Positions 26,335-33,494 of a stretch of 38,080 nt of DNA are shown here, in pieces; the stretch's first letter is position 1; every line of letters starts with the position of its first letter. Source of the DNA: a virus; the IMG/VR virus record IMGVR_UViG_3300045988_140278. One strand, 5' to 3'. The translations under genes and the position numbers were made by a program. The notes under the pieces are model-generated. The model ran no database searches, was not told where the DNA came from, and saw nothing but the letters and a program-made list of their open reading frames with translations.

Positions 26335-26951
26335 CGTGGCCTCTTCGCGGTTTTCGGATTGTCGCCCGGATATTGGGCGCAGACTATCCATTTACCTTCG
26401 TGCCGGTGGTCGGGCGCCACCTCCACACGGTAGGCGCCCTTGGGCGTGAAGGCCTTGATGCCGCCATGCAGGATCCGCTGCTTGAGGTTTAACGCGGCGC
26501 GACGCTCCATGTTCTCGCCGATGACGGCGATGCGTCCCTCGAATCTGCGCAGGGCTTTGGCGGGTTTCGACCATTTACTTTCCGGCCGTGCGGGCTTGAC
26601 GTGGATGTCGGCGGGCCAGTCCGCGATGAACCGGACCGAGCGCAGCAACGCCAGATCCTCGTCCTTTTCCACCGTCCGGGCTTCGGATTCCACTGGTTTC
26701 GTCTCAGTGGGATCCGACAGCAGTGAGGCCAGCGGCTCCGGCCGGGATTCGGCGGGCTTGTCGCCTTCGGTTCCGGCCCGCACCGGCTGGGTGATCACGC
26801 TCGGCGTGACGCCGGGGCGCTGCAGGCCGTGTTTCCTGCAGTACCGTCCCACGGCGAGCCGTTCGGACTGCTCCAGCTGGTCCCAGCCGTCGCGCAAAGC
26901 GATGGCATACAGTTGTTCGAGCTCCTGCTGCGTGTACTTCGGTTTGGTCAT
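26331..26951 (-). CDS. Hypothetical protein, 206 aa
   Basis: ATG at 26951 overlaps the SSB stop (TGATG). Normal composition. Confidence 0.7.
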   Translation of the reverse strand: MTKPKYTQQELEQLYAIALRDGWDQLEQSERLAVGRYCRKHGLQRPGVTPSVITQPVRAGTEGDKPAESRPEPLASLLSDPTETKPVESEARTVEKDEDLALLRSVRFIADWPADIHVKPARPESKWSKPAKALRRFEGRIAVIGENMERRAALNLKQRILHGGIKAFTPKGAYRVEVAPDHRHEGKWIVCAQYPGDNPKTAKRPR

Positions 26952-27418
26952 CACCACTCCCCGGTATCGAAATCGTCATCGTTCCCTACGGCTCCCGCAT
27001 AACCCTGCGCGGGAGTCGGCGCGGCCTGGTATCGTCCGCCGTTCCGGCCACCGTTTGTTTTCGTGATCTGCACGGTGGCGCGCTGCAGGCTGGCAGCGAT
27101 GTCGTCGATGACGTATCTCGTGGACCATCGCTCCGTGCCGTCCTGCGCGGTGAACCGGTCGGTCTTCGGCCTTGCCACCGCGATCACCTGGGAGCCTTTC
27201 GCCAGACTCGCGGCGATGTGTTCGGCCAGACCGCGCCATGCCTCGCAGTTCCAGCTCGTGGGCGTCAGATCGACCGGCTGGCCGGCCGTGTCCTTCTCCC
27301 AGCCGCTGGACAGGATGCGCAGGTTCACGACCGGCGTGGCCTGTGCGCCGACGGTTCTGAGCTCCGGGTCCGCGGCGAGTCTGCCGCGGATGATGACCAT
27401 GCTTGGATCCTTCGCCAT
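26951..27418 (-). CDS. ssb: Single-stranded DNA-binding protein, 155 aa
   Basis: OB-fold-type N-terminus (MVIIRGRLAADPELR...), a Gly-rich linker and an acidic C-terminal tip DDDFDTGEW. Confidence 0.85.
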   Translation of the reverse strand: MAKDPSMVIIRGRLAADPELRTVGAQATPVVNLRILSSGWEKDTAGQPVDLTPTSWNCEAWRGLAEHIAASLAKGSQVIAVARPKTDRFTAQDGTERWSTRYVIDDIAASLQRATVQITKTNGGRNGGRYQAAPTPAQGYAGAVGNDDDFDTGEW

Positions 27419-27658
27419 CTACTCCTCCTCTTCCTGTTCGTCGTCGGTGAGATATGGTTCGAGTTTCTGCACCGCCCACGGTGTGGCGAGCGCCGCGCCG
27501 CAGCCCACGTAGACGATCAGGGCGATGGTGTTGCCCACGGGGTGCATGCATCCGTCGTGCGTGAGCAGCCATGCCAGGGCGAGCAGCGTGACGGCGGCGA
27601 GCATGATGGCCTCGATTCGTGTGTATGGCCAGTCGGTTGTGGTCTTGTCCGTGTTCAT
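27419..27658 (-). CDS. Small membrane protein, 79 aa
   Basis: Two hydrophobic segments and an acidic tail. Confidence 0.65.
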   Translation of the reverse strand: MNTDKTTTDWPYTRIEAIMLAAVTLLALAWLLTHDGCMHPVGNTIALIVYVGCGAALATPWAVQKLEPYLTDDEQEEEE

Positions 27659-27661
27659 GGG

Positions 27662-27904
27662 TTATTCCTCCATGCCGCGGATCCAGCGATCCATAGCGGC
27701 TTTCGTGACCCTGCGTCGGCCTGGCTTGCCGAAGCGGTTCGGCGGGCGGAATGTGTCGAGGTCACCGTTGTTGATCGCCAGGCGTACCCCCTCGTAGTCG
27801 AGTGAGTACACCTGAGCGGCTTGGGCGGGCGACCATGCCTGCCGCTCTCCCAGTGGCACACGGCTCGTGTCCTTCAATGCTTCGGCGTTCTTCGGTTCGC
27901 TCAT
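27662..27904 (-). CDS. Excisionase-family / MerR-like HTH protein, 80 aa
   Basis: ...WSPAQAAQVYSLDYEGVRLAINNGDL...AAMDRWI... pattern. AGGAG 6 nt upstream. Confidence 0.6.
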   Translation of the reverse strand: MSEPKNAEALKDTSRVPLGERQAWSPAQAAQVYSLDYEGVRLAINNGDLDTFRPPNRFGKPGRRRVTKAAMDRWIRGMEE

Positions 27905-27914
27905 GTCGGTCTCC

Positions 27915-28172
27915 TTAGAAGCTCTTGATCTTGGCCGTGAGGCGTTGGAGAATCTGGCGCGGGGTGCCGGTGACGAACACGTGTTCGCCGCCCCAGCCCG
28001 CGTCGAGGCTGAACAGGTGGCCCTGGTTGTCGAGCATGAGCTGGGTGACGCCGATCTCGAACTTGCCGGGCGCGGTGCTGAACACGATGCCGTATGGCGT
28101 GGCGTCCGTGAACTCGTATCTGCCGGAGTCCTCCATGAGCCCGGCCAGCGCTTCCTTGGTTGTCTCGTTCAT
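27915..28172 (-). CDS. Hypothetical protein, 85 aa
   Basis: ATG at 28172 overlaps the upstream stop (ATGA). Confidence 0.7.
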   Translation of the reverse strand: MNETTKEALAGLMEDSGRYEFTDATPYGIVFSTAPGKFEIGVTQLMLDNQGHLFSLDAGWGGEHVFVTGTPRQILQRLTAKIKSF

Positions 28173-28549
28173 AACACCGTTCCCTTCGATTCAAGGGAAA
28201 CCATGAAATTGAATTCGAGGAACAGAACCAGGGCCATCACGATCCAGAACAGGATCGGATGATCGTCCGAGAAAAAACGCAGCAGCCAGGCCACGCCTGC
28301 CGGTATCGCCAAAAACACCATGGCGCAGGCGAAAGCCGCCGCCGTTCCCGTCTGGGGGTTCGAGCAGTCGCGACCCCGCAGCGTCGTGTACGAGGTCACG
28401 AACCGCAACGCTTTCGATGCGTTCGATGTGAGGGCGGAATACAATGGCGACAAGTCATACGAGCTGGGCGACATGCCCAAGGGATCATCCACGAGCTTCG
28501 ACTTCGTTGAATCAGCGATCTGGGGTGGGGTGCAAACGGATATAACCAT
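28169..28549 (-). CDS. Hypothetical membrane protein, 126 aa (two C-terminal TM segments)
   Basis: Coupled at both ends (TGATG at 28549, ATGA at 28172), with GGGAG 8 nt upstream. A plus-strand ORF (28320-28619) shares third-codon positions with it, so the coding strand is not fully certain. Confidence 0.5.
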   Translation of the reverse strand: MVISVCTPPQIADSTKSKLVDDPLGMSPSSYDLSPLYSALTSNASKALRFVTSYTTLRGRDCSNPQTGTAAAFACAMVFLAIPAGVAWLLRFFSDDHPILFWIVMALVLFLEFNFMVSLESKGTVL

Positions 28550-28818
28550 CAGCTGGCTCCCTTCGCCTGATGCGACGAAGCGTGAACATCTCCGGATGGC
28601 GATGCCGGCCCGTCTATAGACAGCAGGTGCTGCAGTGCGGCCGCGTCCGTCAGCACGACTTTCGTGACATGGACCAGCGCGGTGCCGTTGTCCAGGTATT
28701 CGACCTGCAGTGGATGTTCTTCGAACCGGGCGACCTCACCGGGCTTCATTCCGAAGACCGCGGCCAATCGAGACCTAAGACTTTCAGGCAATGACGAGTA
28801 GGAAACGTTGACGCACAT
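28549..28818 (-). CDS. Hypothetical protein, 89 aa
   Basis: ATG at 28818 overlaps the Cro-like stop (TGATG). Confidence 0.65.
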   Translation of the reverse strand: MCVNVSYSSLPESLRSRLAAVFGMKPGEVARFEEHPLQVEYLDNGTALVHVTKVVLTDAAALQHLLSIDGPASPSGDVHASSHQAKGAS

Positions 28819-29042
28819 CACGCCACCAACTTCTGCGAGCGCGGCACCATCGGGACTCCATTGGTTAGCTGGAATCCGGACACGATTCTTATGATTTCCA
28901 CTGCCGATGGCGTCTTGCCGTTGGTCAACTCCTTGTACCGCTCCTCCGTCAATCCACAGGCGGCAACAAATGCCGGATGACTGAGTTTGCGCTCCTCTTC
29001 CAACGAGGCGAGGAACTTAGGGGATATGACCAGCCCGTCCAT
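28818..29042 (-). CDS. Cro-like XRE-family HTH regulator, 74 aa
   Basis: First gene of the leftward early operon. AAGGAG 6 nt upstream. ...FVAACGLTEERYKELTNGK... HTH. Confidence 0.75.
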   Translation of the reverse strand: MDGLVISPKFLASLEEERKLSHPAFVAACGLTEERYKELTNGKTPSAVEIIRIVSGFQLTNGVPMVPRSQKLVA

Positions 29043-29163
29043 GTCTCACTCCTTAATCAAAGTGTTTAATTTCTTAAACGAACTGTACCACAACTTGAAC
29101 GGTTGTCAAACCGTATTTGATACGGTATGTTTAATAAATGAGACACATGGTTAGGAGGTAAAC
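29043..29163. promoter_or_regulatory. Genetic switch: back-to-back promoters with palindromic operators
   Basis: AT-rich 121 bp. Leftward promoter: -35 TTGACA (29109-29104), 16-nt spacer, -10 TACAGT (29087-29082). Rightward promoter: -35 TTGTCA (29103-29108), 17-nt spacer, -10 TATGTT (29126-29131). Palindromes GTTTAAtttcTTAAAC (29064-29079) and ACCGTATttgATACGGT (29110-29126), plus an extra GTTTAA half-site (29129-29134). Confidence 0.6.
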
Positions 29164-29523
29164 ATGAGTGCATTCACGAAATGGATTGAGGAGATCTCCG
29201 GCGGCAATATGAGCAACCGAGAGCTCGCCAAAAAGGTCGGCATGACCGTCGCCACATTTCATCGCAAATGGACGGAAGACGCCTTTGTCTCGGATGATGC
29301 GATCACAATCGCACGAGCCTTCGGCCGTTCGCCAATCGAAGCTCTCGTAATCCTTGGCTCACTGACCGAGGAAGAGGCCAGCAAAGCCGCAAGGGGCTAC
29401 TCGCTATCCGAGTACACGACCTTGGAGCTCAGCCAGGAACTCTTGCGGAGAATTCAAGCAAGCGCCGAAGTCCCTGATTATCTCGACAAACCGGTCGATG
29501 AGGCCGCAAAGAAAATTCTGTAG
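29164..29523 (+). CDS. CI-like repressor (HTH), 119 aa
   Basis: AGGAGG 6 nt upstream. NRELAKKVGMTVATFHRKW HTH. Divergent from the Cro-like gene. Confidence 0.75.
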   Translation: MSAFTKWIEEISGGNMSNRELAKKVGMTVATFHRKWTEDAFVSDDAITIARAFGRSPIEALVILGSLTEEEASKAARGYSLSEYTTLELSQELLRRIQASAEVPDYLDKPVDEAAKKIL

Positions 29524-29628
29524 AATCTACGTCAATTGGGCGCAGGGCCATCTCCCCGCTCGGCAATCCATCTAGAATATGTGCCTCAAAAATCGTTAGA
29601 ATATAAATCACCCCGGTCGCTCGTGCGA

Positions 29629-30830
29629 GCGCCCCGGATTCAACTTGTAAGTGCAACGGCTGGTTTCGGGTCGGCTTGTTTTGATTGTAGCTTGGCCATC
29701 TCCTCGTCCCATACCTCGTTGGGCGTTTTGTATCCGAGGAGTTTCATGGGGGTGTCGTTGATCTCCCCGACGATCGCGTCGAGCTCGTCCTGCGTGAGAT
29801 CCTCGAAACTGGTTCCCTTGGGCAGATAGCGGCGGATCCTGCCGTTCCTGTTCTCGTTGCTGCCGCGCTGCCAGGAGCTGTACGGGTCGGCGAAGTACGT
29901 GAGCATGCCCAGCGCCTCGTCCACCAGCACGTGCAGGGACGCCTCCGTGCCGTTGTCCCACGTGCGGTCGACGCGCGCGGCCGGCGGCATGCCCTTGAAT
30001 ATCTCGTACTCGGCCCTGGCCGTGGCGGACGCGCTCTTGTCGTCGACGAGCCGGGCGAACAGCCTGCGGCTCCTGCGCTCCACCTGCGTGTTCATGCAGC
30101 GCCTCGACGGCGCGGCGCCGACCACCGTGTCCGACTCGAAATGGCCGAACCCCTTCCTGGATCCGACCGCCTCGGGCCGGTCCGCGATGGGCACGCGCAT
30201 CGGGATGCGCGGCCCTTTCGCCTTCCTGCCCTTTTTCCTCGTCCGGCGTTTCCTGCCGCGCGCCAGATACTGGCGCAGGTCCAGCGCCCGCTGCGGCTTG
30301 GCGTAGATCCACTGGTAAAGGCACTCGTGGCTGATCCGCATCGACGGGTCGCCGGCGCACTGGGCCTTCAACCGTCCCTCGATCAGTTCCGGGCTCCACC
30401 CCCTGCGCAGCGCGTCCAGCACCCAGGCGCGCAACGGGCCCGAGTCCATGCGACGCGGCTTGCGGGATCCGCGCCGGCGCAGGTCCGCCTTCCTCTGCGC
30501 GGCCAGCGCCGAATAGAACGGACCCGAGGTCCACGGCCCGGTCTTCAGCCGTTTCGGCCGGTAGGGGCGGTACGACCCGTTCTCGTTGGACGCGAACCAC
30601 AGGCCGCGCCTCAGCTCGCGGCTCACCGTGGACTTGTCCCGGCCGATCCTCTCCGCGGTCCGCCGAATGCTCAGATGCTGTTCGCAATGCAGCTTCTCGA
30701 TCAGGATCCTCTCCTCGGACGACAGGTGCGAATACTGTTGACCCATGAGTGCGACACCTTCTTAAGTTAGAAACTTCGAACACTTCCAACCCTAGACAAG
30801 GTGTTGCACTTCTATTTAGAACCCGGGCGC
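29629..30830 (-). mobile_element. IS30-family insertion sequence (~1.2 kb)
   Basis: Single DDE transposase flanked by imperfect terminal inverted repeats. Left: GCGCCCCGGATTCAACTTGTAAGTGCAAC (29629-29657). Right, reverse complement: GCGCCCGGGTTCTAAATAGAAGTGCAAC (30830-30803). Exact ends and the target duplication are not resolved. Confidence 0.75.
29640..30746 (-). CDS. IS30-family DDE transposase, 368 aa
   Basis: N-terminal HTH (...SIRRTAERIGRDKSTVSRELRRG...). GHFESDTV...TWDNGTE...SWQRGSNENRNGRIRRYLPKGT is characteristic of IS30 transposases. Confidence 0.9.
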   Translation of the reverse strand: MGQQYSHLSSEERILIEKLHCEQHLSIRRTAERIGRDKSTVSRELRRGLWFASNENGSYRPYRPKRLKTGPWTSGPFYSALAAQRKADLRRRGSRKPRRMDSGPLRAWVLDALRRGWSPELIEGRLKAQCAGDPSMRISHECLYQWIYAKPQRALDLRQYLARGRKRRTRKKGRKAKGPRIPMRVPIADRPEAVGSRKGFGHFESDTVVGAAPSRRCMNTQVERRSRRLFARLVDDKSASATARAEYEIFKGMPPAARVDRTWDNGTEASLHVLVDEALGMLTYFADPYSSWQRGSNENRNGRIRRYLPKGTSFEDLTQDELDAIVGEINDTPMKLLGYKTPNEVWDEEMAKLQSKQADPKPAVALTS

Positions 30831-30854
30831 CGGGGCTTGATTATGTTGTTTGGC

Positions 30855-32711
30855 CTATCGTATGAGTGCGGTAGCTGTTCGTAATCCGCCTTGGGTTCCG
30901 ATTTCGATTTTCGACATGGCTCCGTTATCTGTAATCAGGTCGAGGCATGCCGCATTGTCCGTCAGGTCCAGTGTCCCGATCTGCTTTCGGCCGATTTTGA
31001 CCTGCACGCCCAGCATGCCGTCGACAACAGTCTTCCGCAGGAGCGCCCATAGCAGCGTGCCGTCTTCGTATTGATCCAGCGTCTCGCTGGCATTGTCGTT
31101 CAGTTTGATCGGAGTGCGTTTGGGGCCGGTGATGTCTTTCTTGTGGGGCATTTTGTTTGCGGTTCCCCATGTGGACATGTTTGTCTCCGCGTCTTCTCCT
31201 GCGGCTCTTGCCTTCTGAGATGTCAGAGCCCCCTGCTGAGTCTGAGATGCCATTGGGGATTTGTTTTGCGTCATCAGGCGGGATTCGGCGAGCGCCGTCT
31301 TGTATTCCTCCGAAGGGGTCTCAGCCTCCGGCATTTCCACGCGGACGTCGAGTTTAACGGCTGCGGTTTTCCCTGATTTGGTGTGGGCGAGCGCGACGCC
31401 GCCGATCTTGGGGACTTGGTGGTAGTGGCGTGAGGTGTTGGTGGGCGTCATCCATCCGATTTGTTCGCCGTCGAGGGTGACGAGGATGGTGGGTTCTCCC
31501 ATGTGGGTGCCTTTCGGGTTTTCTCCTCGTTGGAGTTCGACCCAGAACCATGCGCCGGCTCCGTACTCATTGAGTTTGTCCTGGTGTTCTTCTTCGCCTA
31601 CGATTTCGACGCCGCCTTTGGAGGGTATGACGATTCCATAGGGTTTTTCATTGCGCAGTTCGATTCCGGCGTTGGCCATGTGGCGGCTGCGGAATACCGT
31701 CTGGGTTTTCTGCCGCTTCTGGCGCAAGGTGATCTGCTCGTCATCGTCACTGACTTGTTGGGGTGCCGTGATGGCTTTGAGTCTCTTGTAGCATTCCAGG
31801 GTGTCTTTGGCATCGGCGAGCGCTCGGTGTTCCTCGGTTTTGTTGATGCCGGTGCGTCGCATGACGTCTTGGAGGGTGTGGCTGGTGGCAGTCGGGTATT
31901 TCTCCCGACTGAGATCCGCAGTGTCGAAGGTCTCGTTGCCGAGGTTGGGAAGTCCGGCGTCTTGGAATGCCTGGTTGAGGAATCCGATGTCGAATTGGAT
32001 GTTGTGGCCGAGTATGGGCAGGTCGCCGATTCGGCGGCGTAGCTCGTGTATGACATCGACGATTCTCGGTTGTTCTTTGAGCATGTCATCGTCGACACCG
32101 GTCAAATTGGTTATTTCAGGCGGTATCAGAATGCCGGGATTGATAAGTTGTGAGTATTCGCCAATCGATTCGTCGTTTTTGACGTACACGATTCCGATAT
32201 CGATAATGCCGCATGTCTTCGGACTGAAGCCAGTGGTCTCGAGATCGAGAACGATGTAATCGGCATCAGGGTGGTCACCGCTTTCGTTACGGATGTGGTC
32301 GTCTGAGCTTTTCTCGGCATGGAAACCTGCGGCACCGGCCACGAACGGTTCCTCAGGAAGGTCAACAGCCGAGGCAGTGGAGTCTAGAATCGTTCGCGCA
32401 TCAGCTTGCCCTGTGATGCCAGCTATGCTTCCCTCGGTCTTTTCGGTCGCGGTTTTGGCTTGCTTTCTCTTGAATTCTTCCGGGTCTTTGATCATGTCAC
32501 CTATGATCCAGAGCACCAATCCCACGAAAGCCAGTGCCACCGCCACGATTATCCCGAATATGAGCCCCAAAAGGTTTACCTTGAATCCGGCAACCACGAA
32601 CAACAACGCGAACAGCCAGGCTATGGCGGCGAGCGCTCGGAACGCAATCATGCCAATGATTCTTGGTAGGGACGTTTTCTTCTTCGCCGTATGCTGTCCG
32701 TTTGGCATCAT
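30855..32711 (-). CDS. Membrane-anchored DEDDh (DnaQ-like) exonuclease with a duplicated C-terminal domain, 618 aa; candidate superinfection-exclusion / defence moron
   Basis: Two N-terminal TM helices (IIGMIAFRALAAIAWLFALLFVVAGF and LLGLIFGIIVAVALAFVGLVLWIIG). ExoI VLDLETTG, ExoII GHNIQFDIGFL, ExoIII HRALADA. Two related ~90-aa C-terminal modules. Visibly lower GC than the structural genes. Located between repressor and integrase. No convincing RBS at the annotated start. Confidence 0.8.
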   Translation of the reverse strand: MMPNGQHTAKKKTSLPRIIGMIAFRALAAIAWLFALLFVVAGFKVNLLGLIFGIIVAVALAFVGLVLWIIGDMIKDPEEFKRKQAKTATEKTEGSIAGITGQADARTILDSTASAVDLPEEPFVAGAAGFHAEKSSDDHIRNESGDHPDADYIVLDLETTGFSPKTCGIIDIGIVYVKNDESIGEYSQLINPGILIPPEITNLTGVDDDMLKEQPRIVDVIHELRRRIGDLPILGHNIQFDIGFLNQAFQDAGLPNLGNETFDTADLSREKYPTATSHTLQDVMRRTGINKTEEHRALADAKDTLECYKRLKAITAPQQVSDDDEQITLRQKRQKTQTVFRSRHMANAGIELRNEKPYGIVIPSKGGVEIVGEEEHQDKLNEYGAGAWFWVELQRGENPKGTHMGEPTILVTLDGEQIGWMTPTNTSRHYHQVPKIGGVALAHTKSGKTAAVKLDVRVEMPEAETPSEEYKTALAESRLMTQNKSPMASQTQQGALTSQKARAAGEDAETNMSTWGTANKMPHKKDITGPKRTPIKLNDNASETLDQYEDGTLLWALLRKTVVDGMLGVQVKIGRKQIGTLDLTDNAACLDLITDNGAMSKIEIGTQGGLRTATALIR

Positions 32712-32796
32712 GCCCCAATCTATCGTTTTGCAGCCGTCTCATTGCGGCCCTACGTAGATTTTACAGATGGTTGCGGTCGTGTCGATTGTTTCTGAT

Positions 32797-32825
32797 TTGA
32801 CATACTTGCATAATTGAGGTATATT
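32797..32825 (+). promoter_or_regulatory. Near-consensus sigma-70-type promoter
   Basis: TTGACA (32797-32802), exactly 17 nt, TATATT (32820-32825). About 40 nt upstream of a GAAAGGAGG RBS and the ATG at 32865. Confidence 0.65.
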
Positions 32826-32864
32826 AGTTATGTCAGCAAAACAGAACAGTGAAAGGAGGTGAAC

Positions 32865-33014
32865 ATGGACGAGGTCTGGAAAGCGATCGAAGCCATCGGC
32901 TCCCTGCTTGTCGGGATTGCGGCCGTCATCGCCGCGCTCAAGTCCAACGGCAGCGAGCCATCGCCCAAGCCGAAGCCAAAACCGCCACGCAGGCGGCGCA
33001 GGCCACGCAGGTAG
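32865..33014 (+). CDS. 49-aa peptide: one TM helix plus a poly-basic tail
   Basis: MDEVWKAIEAIGSLLVGIAAVIAALKSNGSEPSPKPKPKPPRRRRRPRR. Strong RBS (GAAAGGAGG, 5 nt spacing). Too short for the ORF track. Confidence 0.55.
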   Translation: MDEVWKAIEAIGSLLVGIAAVIAALKSNGSEPSPKPKPKPPRRRRRPRR

Positions 33015-33090
33015 AGCAAGAGCCGTAGATTCCGAATAACCCTACTATCCGGAGCTACGGCTCCTTTCCCAGACTAATCCATGAATCATC

Positions 33091-33237
33091 ATGAACGCAA
33101 AAAGCGCATACAGGTTCGTCTCGCTGGCATGCGGCGCGATGTGCCTCATCCTCGCCATCGGCGGACGGACCATCGCCGCCGGGATCTTCGGAGCCGCCGC
33201 CGGCGTCTTCGGATACCTCGCGGGAGGAGAACGATGA
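33091..33237 (+). CDS. 48-aa hydrophobic peptide
   Basis: MNAKSAYRFVSLACGAMCLILAIGGRTIAAGIFGAAAGVFGYLAGGER. High GC3 in this frame, unlike the Arg/His-rich ORF-track frame. Its TGA overlaps the next ATG (ATGA). No clear RBS. Confidence 0.4.
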   Translation: MNAKSAYRFVSLACGAMCLILAIGGRTIAAGIFGAAAGVFGYLAGGER

Positions 33238-33440
33238 CCGAACGTTTCCTGAGCCTCAAGGAGGTCGGCGAGCGCCTCGGCGTGAAGAATCCAGCCGCGA
33301 AGGGCTACAACCTGCCGAAGCCGGACGCGCTGATTGGCACGACGCGCGGCTGGCTGCCGGAGACCATCGACCGGTGGAACGCGGCCCGTCCCGGTCGTGG
33401 GGTCGGTGGCGGCAGGCCGCGCAAACATCCCGTTGAATAG
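33234..33440 (+). CDS. AlpA/excisionase-family HTH protein, 68 aa
   Basis: GGGAGGAG upstream of the ATG at 33234. MTERFLSLKEVGERLGVKNPAAKGYNLPKPDALIGTTRGWLPETIDRWNAARPG. The ORF-track N-terminal extension from 33081 is Arg/His noise. Confidence 0.65.
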   Translation: MTERFLSLKEVGERLGVKNPAAKGYNLPKPDALIGTTRGWLPETIDRWNAARPGRGVGGGRPRKHPVE

Positions 33441-33443
33441 GCG

Positions 33444-33494
33444 AAAGCCCCCCGACACTCATTGTGAGCGCCGGGGGCTTTCGTTTGTTTCGTT
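33444..33494. terminator. Bidirectional intrinsic terminator between the plus-strand operon and the integrase gene
   Basis: AAAGCCCCC (33444-33452) pairs with GGGGGCTTT (33473-33481), followed by CGTTTGTTTCGTTT. An A-run precedes it, serving the opposite strand. Confidence 0.7.

Noticed and set aside
28320-28619. 99-aa plus-strand ORF as a confident gene
   Set aside because: It has no RBS and overlaps convergently with 28549-28818. The opposite-strand ORF is coupled to its neighbours at both ends. It is kept only as an open question in the findings.
32828-33019. 63-aa minus-strand ORF
   Set aside because: It is antisense to the RBS-preceded 49-aa plus-strand ORF. It has a TTG start without an RBS and a Gly/Arg/Leu-rich translation.
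33081-33233. N-terminal extension of the HTH gene (ORF-track start at 33081)
   Set aside because: The translation is almost pure Arg/His/Pro with low GC3. A different frame encodes a hydrophobic peptide with high GC3, and GGGAGGAG precedes the internal ATG at 33234.
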